Sequence record: SRR2962707_2080 | Length of the DNA stretch: 20,000 nt | Strand: one strand, 5' to 3' | In this document: positions 8,368-14,734 of the stretch, piece by piece | Layout: each line of letters opens with the position of its first letter | Position numbering within the stretch: position 1 is the first letter of the stretch | The notes under the pieces: model-generated | Told to the model about the DNA's origin: nothing | The model's database searches: none | Seen by the model: the letters and a program-made list of their open reading frames with translations, nothing else | Program-made: the position numbers and the translations under genes

Positions 8368-9313
8368 GCATCACCTCCAAAGCGTCTTCTGAAGCCCCCA
8401 TTGAAGTGCCTTGGGGCGAAGTCGAGCTCACCTGCCAATGCCACGTTGGCTGCGCCTGTTGCCACTGCGTAAGCAATGTTTGCAGCCTGACCGTCGTCAA
8501 GGTTAAACGCGCTGAGGCGGTGTCTTTTTCACTGTGCAACGCAGACACTCTTACGTCATGGGGTAAGGCGCGCAATATCGTCAAGAACCTAGTCACAAAC
8601 ACAGTGCCTTGGGTCGGCAAGACAAGCTGCTGAGTGTGTTTTTGACGCTGCGCTACTCGCTGCTTGTCTTGCTCATCGGTGAGGTAATAAAAATAGCCCA
8701 GCAACAAGCCGTGCACTAGCACACTCATTAGCACAAAAGCAGACCAACGATGACGTGTTTCCCGGCGCTTATCTTCCTCAGGTTGATATCGGGCTAACCC
8801 TTGGCGAGAGAGTAAGTAACAAGCGAAGCGACGTGTCGATTGTGCGTCCCATTGTTGCTGCGATATCAACTGATAACACCGATTGTCCGCTTGAAAAGGC
8901 TGACTTAGACAATCCATTAACATTTTTGAACAAGCGACTACATGCAATTGAACGAGGTCTTTGTTTAACTTAGTCACATGGTGATGAAAGAAGATTTCAT
9001 TGGGCGGTGCAAAGGTGCTTTCTGAGGCGAATGCTAACGCCGCCAATGGCGCTAATTTCTTTGATAATGGATGCTTTATTTGGTGCTCTGAAACAGACAA
9101 CCAAGCATTAGGCACGACAATCAGCAGAGACTTTTTGTCTGCTAGATATTCATGGTCTAATAGTGATTGCAGCTCATTAAGCCGTTCGATACTCGGCAGA
9201 AATGTATCGTCTTTGCCGTTGAATGGAAGTCGCTCAGGCAAATGATTAGCCGCGTAAACATAGCACTGAGAGACAGTGTAAAATACGACACAGTCGGGGG
9301 ATATTGGCTTCAT
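8339..9313 (-). CDS. Pilus alignment protein, probable PilM-like plus PilN-like (GspL-type architecture)
   Basis: 324 aa; SD AAGGA; soluble N-terminal ~185 aa with a PilM/GspL-N-like pattern (LLIVVP...FAPPNEIFF...LHVVAC); basic stretch then TM at ~aa190-211; Gln-rich helix; PilN-like LRALPHDVRVSAL. First gene of the operon divergent from mrcA, where pilM/hofM normally lies. Confidence 0.55.
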   Translation of the reverse strand: MKPISPDCVVFYTVSQCYVYAANHLPERLPFNGKDDTFLPSIERLNELQSLLDHEYLADKKSLLIVVPNAWLSVSEHQIKHPLSKKLAPLAALAFASESTFAPPNEIFFHHHVTKLNKDLVQLHVVACSKMLMDCLSQPFQADNRCYQLISQQQWDAQSTRRFACYLLSRQGLARYQPEEDKRRETRHRWSAFVLMSVLVHGLLLGYFYYLTDEQDKQRVAQRQKHTQQLVLPTQGTVFVTRFLTILRALPHDVRVSALHSEKDTASARLTLTTVRLQTLLTQWQQAQPTWHWQVSSTSPQGTSMGASEDALEVMHVELLVSAR

Positions 9314-9463
9314 GATTCATCCTTGAAATAATCAGCTCATTATTGTCTCGGTTTCCTAACCGAATACTGGCAAGATAACACGATTTGCTGCAAAGTTGAT
9401 CAACTATGCGCCGCACAACTTCGTTATAATGTTATTTTTTTAATCCATTTGTATTGGATCTGT

Positions 9464-11908
9464 ATGTTGAAAGTATTAAAAATCTTCTTTTTCTTGGCTT
9501 TGTTTGGTGCACTTTGTAGTGCTGTGATCACATTTGCTGTTTATGAAAGCGTTAAAGATCGCATCCCTACGGTGGCTCAACTAAAAGACATTGAGTTACA
9601 GATTCCATTGCGAATTTACACCGCGGACAATAAGTTAATTGGAGAGTTTGGCGAACAACGTCGTACGCCAATTACCTACGCGCAGCTTCCTGCCCAACTA
9701 GAACATGCTATTTTAGCGGCAGAAGACAGCAACTTTTATCACCACCCTGGCATTGATATTATGGGTCTAGGGCGGGCCGCAATGCAGTTGGTAACCACCG
9801 GACAAATTCAAGGCGGTGGTAGTACCATTACCATGCAAGTCGCCAGAAACTACTTTCTGTCGTTTGAACAAACCTTTACCCGTAAATTCACTGAAATCTT
9901 CATTTCTTTGAAAATGGAACGAGAACTCACCAAGCATGAAATTCTCGAACTGTATGTGAATAAAATTTACCTAGGCAAACGCGCTTATGGTTTTGAAGCC
10001 GCTGCGCAGGTGTATTACGGCAAAAGCTTAAAAGACCTAGACCTAGCCCAATACGCAATGATTGCTGGGCTGCCAAAAGCCCCTTCGCGTTACAACCCAG
10101 TGGCGAATCCATCGAGAGCCCTCATCCGTCGTAACTGGATTTTGCAACGTATGCTGTCGCTTGGGTCCATCAATAAAGAGCAATATCAAACCGCCGTAGA
10201 GCAGCCTGTAACCGCTAAGGATTACGGCATAACACCCGATGTGGACGCCGGTTATGTGGCTGAGATGGTGCGCTCTGAGCTGCATGAAACCTATGGAGAC
10301 AAACTGTACACAGAAGGCTTAACCGTCTACACAACCATTGATTCTAAGCGTCAAACCGCCGCCAATCAGGCGATCAATGATGGTGTCTTAAATTATGACA
10401 TGAAACACGGTTATCGAGGTTCAGTAGCGACCCAACCAGAACTGCTCGACAAGTCATTAAAAGAACAAGAGAAAGCCCTCAATAGCTACAGCACGCTGCA
10501 CATCTGGAAAGTGGGTTTAGTCCTCTCGACGACCGACCAATTCGCCAATGTGTTGCTTAGTAACGGCGACCAAATCACCCTGTCTTGGGACGCAATGAAA
10601 TGGGCGAAGCCTTACATCAATGACGATGTACAAGGACCCGCGCCAAAAACCGTGGCCGACATTATGGTACCCGGTGATATCATCGACCTCAGACCAGACC
10701 CAGACCTTGGCTGGATCTTAACGCAGAAACCAAAACTACAAAGCGCCCTTATTTCCATCAACAGTAAAGATGGTGCTATTCAGGCGTTGGTCGGCGGTTT
10801 TAATTATTACGAAAACAAGTTCAACCGCGTCACCCAATCTAAGCGTCAACCTGGCTCCAGCTTTAAGCCGTTTATTTACTCAAGCGCACTGTCTCGCGGC
10901 TATACAGCGGCAAGCCTTATCAACGACGCTCCGGTGGTGTTTGAAGATTCGAACCTAGATAAAGCATGGCGTCCAACGAACGACACTGGTCGCTTCTATG
11001 GACCAACGCGTTTACGCCCTGCGTTATATCGTTCACAGAACATTGTCTCTGTGCGCTTATTACAAGAATTGGGCATTGCACCAACGATCAAGTTTTTAAC
11101 TCGCTTTGGCTTCAATGCAGACGAGCTGCCTCGCAACTTATCTCTGGCATTGGGCAGCGCCAGCGTATCGCCAATGGAAATGGCGACAGGTTATGCGGTC
11201 TTCTCAAACGGTGGCTATAAAATATCGCCGTATTTAATTGATCACATTACCGATCGCAACAACAGCACGATATTCCAAGCCACGCCAGATACCGTCTGCC
11301 GTACTTGCACCTTACTGGATAGCGACGCTCAAGATGGTCAGCCATCTGGCTTGTTCAATACCGCTCAAGGCGTGCAAAACCGCCCTGTTGCTGCACAGAA
11401 GCTGACACCTGAAGTGGATTACCTAATTTATGACATGATGCGAGATGTCATAAATTATGGTACTGGACGACGAGCACGCGTGCTGAAACGCCCTGATCTT
11501 GCGGGCAAAACCGGTACCACCAACGACGGCAAAGACGCTTGGTTCTCCGGCTATAATGGCAGCCTAGTCACCACCGTATGGAGTGGCTTCGATGACTCCA
11601 CCAGCTTGGGTCGTGGCGCCTTTGGTAGTTCGGTTTCCTTACCGACATGGATTGACTATATGCGTGTCGCATTAGACGGTACGCCCTTGTCTTATGTGCA
11701 AAAGCCTTCAACATTAGTCACTGTTCGCATCGATCCGAAAACCGGCGAACGCGCCCTTCCGGGACAAAAAGACGCCATCTTCGAGATGTTCCGCAGAAAC
11801 CACATCCCTGCGCAACGTCAGTCAGACTCTCTCAACTCAGAGAGCAGCCAAGACAATGATGCACAGCAAGAAAAGCAAACGGACAATGCTCTAGAAAATC
11901 TATTCTAG
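9464..11908 (+). CDS. mrcA: Penicillin-binding protein 1A (bifunctional transglycosylase/transpeptidase)
   Basis: N-terminal TM; GT51 motifs EDSNFYHHPGID, GGSTITMQ, RKFTE, ILELYVN; transpeptidase SSFK, SQN, KTG. ATG 9464 is preferred over TTG 9449. TATAAT at 9425-9430 upstream. Confidence 0.98.
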   Translation: MLKVLKIFFFLALFGALCSAVITFAVYESVKDRIPTVAQLKDIELQIPLRIYTADNKLIGEFGEQRRTPITYAQLPAQLEHAILAAEDSNFYHHPGIDIMGLGRAAMQLVTTGQIQGGGSTITMQVARNYFLSFEQTFTRKFTEIFISLKMERELTKHEILELYVNKIYLGKRAYGFEAAAQVYYGKSLKDLDLAQYAMIAGLPKAPSRYNPVANPSRALIRRNWILQRMLSLGSINKEQYQTAVEQPVTAKDYGITPDVDAGYVAEMVRSELHETYGDKLYTEGLTVYTTIDSKRQTAANQAINDGVLNYDMKHGYRGSVATQPELLDKSLKEQEKALNSYSTLHIWKVGLVLSTTDQFANVLLSNGDQITLSWDAMKWAKPYINDDVQGPAPKTVADIMVPGDIIDLRPDPDLGWILTQKPKLQSALISINSKDGAIQALVGGFNYYENKFNRVTQSKRQPGSSFKPFIYSSALSRGYTAASLINDAPVVFEDSNLDKAWRPTNDTGRFYGPTRLRPALYRSQNIVSVRLLQELGIAPTIKFLTRFGFNADELPRNLSLALGSASVSPMEMATGYAVFSNGGYKISPYLIDHITDRNNSTIFQATPDTVCRTCTLLDSDAQDGQPSGLFNTAQGVQNRPVAAQKLTPEVDYLIYDMMRDVINYGTGRRARVLKRPDLAGKTGTTNDGKDAWFSGYNGSLVTTVWSGFDDSTSLGRGAFGSSVSLPTWIDYMRVALDGTPLSYVQKPSTLVTVRIDPKTGERALPGQKDAIFEMFRRNHIPAQRQSDSLNSESSQDNDAQQEKQTDNALENLF

Positions 11909-11946
11909 TCAGCACTGCAGATCTCACATGCTGCAGTAAAAAGCAC

Positions 11947-11985
11947 AAAAAAGGCGGTGTCTCTTATCAAGACACCGCCTTTTTT
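11947..11985. terminator. Bidirectional intrinsic terminator between convergent mrcA and the malic enzyme gene
   Basis: AAAAAA-GGCGGTGTCT-cttatca-AGACACCGCC-TTTTTT: 10-bp GC-rich stem with A6 and T6 flanks. Confidence 0.95.
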
Positions 11986-12030
11986 AGTTCGCTATTCTAC
12001 CGACTGTTTTATCGCCTGTAGAAGAAACGC

Positions 12031-13299
12031 TTAGCCACCGAAGTGGTCTAGATTCTCTAATGGGTAAAACGCTGGGTATGGAAGTGTTGCCACACCAGAA
12101 TCAACCGCCGCTTGTGCTACTGCTGCAGACACAACATTCAACAAACGAGCGTCCATTGGTTTTGGCAAGATGTACTCTTTACCAAAGCTCAATGCTGCGC
12201 CGCCGTAAGCTTCTACAACGTCTGCTGGCGCTTCTTCTTTCGCAAGATCTTTCAATGCGTGAACCGCGGCCACTTTCATTTCTTCATTGATCTTAGTCGC
12301 GCGAACGTCTAAAGCACCACGGAAGATGAATGGGAAGCCCAACACGTTGTTTACTTGGTTAGGGTAATCAGAACGGCCTGTCGCCATGATCAAATCATCA
12401 CGAGTCGAATGCGCCAATTCAGGATTGATCTCTGGATCAGGATTTGAACACGCAAATACGATCGGATTAGGCGCCATTTTGCTTAATTGCTCGCCAGAAA
12501 ATAGATCAGGACCAGACACGCCAATGAAGACATCTGCGCCGTCGATTGCATCATCCAAAGTACGTTTGTCAGTATCGATCGCAAACATGGCTTTGAACTG
12601 GTTCAAGTCAGTACGACCTGAATGAATCACGCCTTTACGATCAAGTACAAAGATGTTTTCACGTTGTGCACCACACGCAATAATCAGCTTCATACAAGCC
12701 GTTGCCGCAGCACCTGCACCTAGACAAACGATTTTTGCAGAAGCGATGTCTTTGCCTTGAAGTTCAAGAGCGTTCAACAAACCTGCCGCTGTTACAATCG
12801 CAGTACCGTGCTGATCGTCATGGAACACAGGGATAGAACAACGTTCAATCAACTGACGTTCAATTTCAAAACATTCTGGCGCTTTAATGTCTTCTAGGTT
12901 AATGCCGCCATATGTGTTTGCAATACGAGCAACGGTATCAATAAAAGCTTGTGGGCTTTCAGATTCAACTTCCACATCAACGGAGTTAACGCCAGCAAAG
13001 CGTTTGAACAACAAACCTTTACCTTCCATAACAGGCTTACTAGCCAATGGACCTAGATTACCTAAGCCAAGAATGGCAGAACCATCAGAAATAACAGCAA
13101 CAAGGTTGCCCTTACCTGTGTAGCGGTAAGCCGCTTCTGGGTCTTTTGCAATTTCGCGACAAGGCTCAGCCACACCTGGGCTGTAAGCTAAAGCAAGGTC
13201 ACGTGCAGTTGCCGTTGGCTTAGTAATAGTAGAGCTCATTTTTCCAGGTACTGGATATTCATGGTAATCCAGTGCAGCTTGCTTTATATCTTCTGCCAT
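12031..13299 (-). CDS. maeB: Malic enzyme, probably NADP-dependent; MaeB-type malic domain without the C-terminal PTA domain
   Basis: Motifs LALAYSPGVA, SDGSAILGLG, KPVMEGK, INLEDIKAP, FHDDQHGT, GAGAA, ATGRSDYPNQVNNVLGFP; 422 aa. Confidence 0.93.
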   Translation of the reverse strand: MAEDIKQAALDYHEYPVPGKMSSTITKPTATARDLALAYSPGVAEPCREIAKDPEAAYRYTGKGNLVAVISDGSAILGLGNLGPLASKPVMEGKGLLFKRFAGVNSVDVEVESESPQAFIDTVARIANTYGGINLEDIKAPECFEIERQLIERCSIPVFHDDQHGTAIVTAAGLLNALELQGKDIASAKIVCLGAGAAATACMKLIIACGAQRENIFVLDRKGVIHSGRTDLNQFKAMFAIDTDKRTLDDAIDGADVFIGVSGPDLFSGEQLSKMAPNPIVFACSNPDPEINPELAHSTRDDLIMATGRSDYPNQVNNVLGFPFIFRGALDVRATKINEEMKVAAVHALKDLAKEEAPADVVEAYGGAALSFGKEYILPKPMDARLLNVVSAAVAQAAVDSGVATLPYPAFYPLENLDHFGG

Positions 13300-13474
13300 T
13301 ATGATGTTTCCGTCTATTATTTGGTGTTTTATATTAAATGCTTATATTACGTGAACCTTGTTCTTAAAACGTCTGAGTTAAGAAGGGTTCTTATTAGTAT
13401 TATCGCAGAATAGTTTGCCTCAAAACGTCTTATAAATCACATTAAAAATGGAATCGTCTCACCCTCAGGATGAA

Positions 13475-14251
13475 TTACGGTGTTCCCATGTCTAGAATGT
13501 CATTCGGGTGTTTCACAGGGAGAACCCAAGACGCATATTTTGAATGCCGACTGTTCCGCTTATGCTGCCAACCACGCACTTCAACTGTATGACCTTGGAG
13601 AAAAAATACTTTCTGAGCTGGCCAATAGTTTGCTGCGCTGGGCGGTAAGTTGATCACTAGACCTTGATTGGTTTCTAGCCACCAGCCACCTCGGTTATGA
13701 GTAATGGAGGTTATTGCTACTCGGGCGATTACAAAGCCAGCTTGTGGCTGCCATTGTAATGATTGCTGCCATACCCCTAAATCCGCATCACGAGCGGATT
13801 GCTCAGACGCTTGAAAACACGCCTGATAAGCAAGGTTAGGAGGAACAGCAATACGGTAACCTAGCCCTGCAGATAGTAACTGACTTGATAATGAAATACG
13901 ATCTTTATCGAAAAGGTAGTAGAGATAGCGGCCGTATTTATCACGCCCGTCTTTACTGGGCTGTAGGTAAATATAACGCCCTGCAAGACGCTTGAGGAGC
14001 CGTGTCGCAGCCACGGCGAAGGGGTCATGATTGCCCTTCTTATGGTCTAATTCTGGCGTATTTATACCCACCAAGCGTACTCGGCGGCCATCCACTAAGG
14101 ACAAGGTATCCCCATCTACTACCCGCTTTACTTGGGCGCGTTCGACCGCACCAGAAGCACGGCACAGGTCATTACCATAAGCAGTAGAAAGGGACAAAAA
14201 CAAAAAAAGCGCCAAGAAAACTTGGCGCTTTTTTTGAACTATTGCTTTCAT
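13475..14251 (-). CDS. Exported staphylococcal nuclease (SNase/thermonuclease)-family protein with an additional C-terminal domain
   Basis: Motifs RVVDGDT, RVRLVGINTPE, DKYGRYL, A(R)DADLGVW; N-terminal signal-peptide-like MKAIVQKKRQVFLALFLFLSLSTAYG. Confidence 0.9.
   Translation of the reverse strand: MKAIVQKKRQVFLALFLFLSLSTAYGNDLCRASGAVERAQVKRVVDGDTLSLVDGRRVRLVGINTPELDHKKGNHDPFAVAATRLLKRLAGRYIYLQPSKDGRDKYGRYLYYLFDKDRISLSSQLLSAGLGYRIAVPPNLAYQACFQASEQSARDADLGVWQQSLQWQPQAGFVIARVAITSITHNRGGWWLETNQGLVINLPPSAANYWPAQKVFFLQGHTVEVRGWQHKRNSRHSKYASWVLPVKHPNDILDMGTP
14201..14236 (-). terminator. Intrinsic terminator downstream of rpmE, lying inside the 5' end of the nuclease ORF
   Basis: Perfect 16-bp inverted repeat CAAAAAAAGCGCCAAG-aaaa-CTTGGCGCTTTTTTTG with a T7 tract on either strand, about 24 nt after the rpmE stop. 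Confidence 0.9.
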
Positions 14252-14259
14252 TCGGCCAA

Positions 14260-14475
14260 TTACTTAGCTGAACGACGTGCTCCGAAACGCTTGTTAAAGC
14301 GATCAACACGACCACCGGTATCCAACATTTTCTGTTGGCCAGTGTAGAATGGGTGACATTGGCTGCATACATCAACGTGCATGTCTTTACCTAAAGTTGA
14401 GTTTAGGTTCAACGTGTTACCACAAGTACAAGTAGCAGTAATTGCAGTGTAATTTGGGTGAATATCTTTTTGCAT
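14260..14475 (-). CDS. rpmE: 50S ribosomal protein L31 (bL31 type A, zinc-binding)
   Basis: MQKDIHPNY...CTC...[12 protein letters not shown]...[12 protein letters not shown], 71 aa. True ATG at 14475 with SD GAAGGT; the ORF-track start at 14565 is over-extended. Confidence 0.99.
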   Translation of the reverse strand: MQKDIHPNYTAITATCTCGNTLNLNSTLGKDMHVDVCSQCHPFYTGQQKMLDTGGRVDRFNKRFGARRSAK

Positions 14476-14497
14476 TTTATTTACCTTCAAGTTTGGT

Positions 14498-14547
14498 GTG
14501 CCGCCACTTGATCGACATAAGGGCTTTCGCCTCGTCAAGCACCGCAC
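14498..14547 (-). promoter_or_regulatory. Structured 5' leader of rpmE (probable L31 autoregulatory ribosomal leader)
   Basis: Minus strand GTGC-GGT-GCTTGA-CGA-GGC-GAAA-GCC-CTTATG-TCG-A-TCAAGT-GGCG-GCAC folds into a long stem-loop with internal loops and a GNRA tetraloop, just upstream of the SD. Confidence 0.75.
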
Positions 14548-14583
14548 GATTCGTTGTACAGACATTGTACAGTGGTACCAAGA

Positions 14584-14618
14584 GCGCGTATTTTAGGGCT
14601 CTATTGGTTATTCATCAA
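14584..14618 (-). promoter_or_regulatory. Sigma70 promoter of rpmE with GC-rich discriminator
   Basis: TTGATG (14618-14613), 17 bp spacer, TAAAAT (14595-14590), followed by ACGCGC. This is typical of stringently controlled r-protein promoters. Confidence 0.75.
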
Positions 14619-14734
14619 CCTTTTTATGGTGCTTTCTCTAAAAAATCACACTCGCACCCAATGGCCACTCTAACGTACACTAATAAGTGTATTGCTCCCT
14701 GACCGTTTTCTCTAGATAAGGCCACAACAAACGC

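Noticed and set aside
9368..9390. Sigma54-like TGGCA...TTGC in the mrcA/pil intergenic region
   Set aside because: The GG-to-GC spacing is longer than the invariant 10 bp required.
11290..11320. CxxC (CRTC) within PBP1a
   Set aside because: A comparable Cys pair in this insertion is common in gammaproteobacterial PBP1a, so it is not unusual.
11914..11937. ACTGCAG-N10-CTGCAGT inverted repeat after mrcA
   Set aside because: It is short and single-copy, and sits beside a much stronger terminator; there is no evidence that it is a REP or an operator.
13475..14251. SNase nuclease as an anti-phage defence or mobile-element gene
   Set aside because: It has a signal peptide and sits in a housekeeping position between rpmE and the malic enzyme gene. 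No integrase, transposase, repeats or obvious compositional shift flank it.
14476..14565. 30-aa N-terminal extension of L31 given by the ORF track
   Set aside because: The conserved L31 N-terminus and SD place the start at 14475; the extension is the structured 5' UTR.
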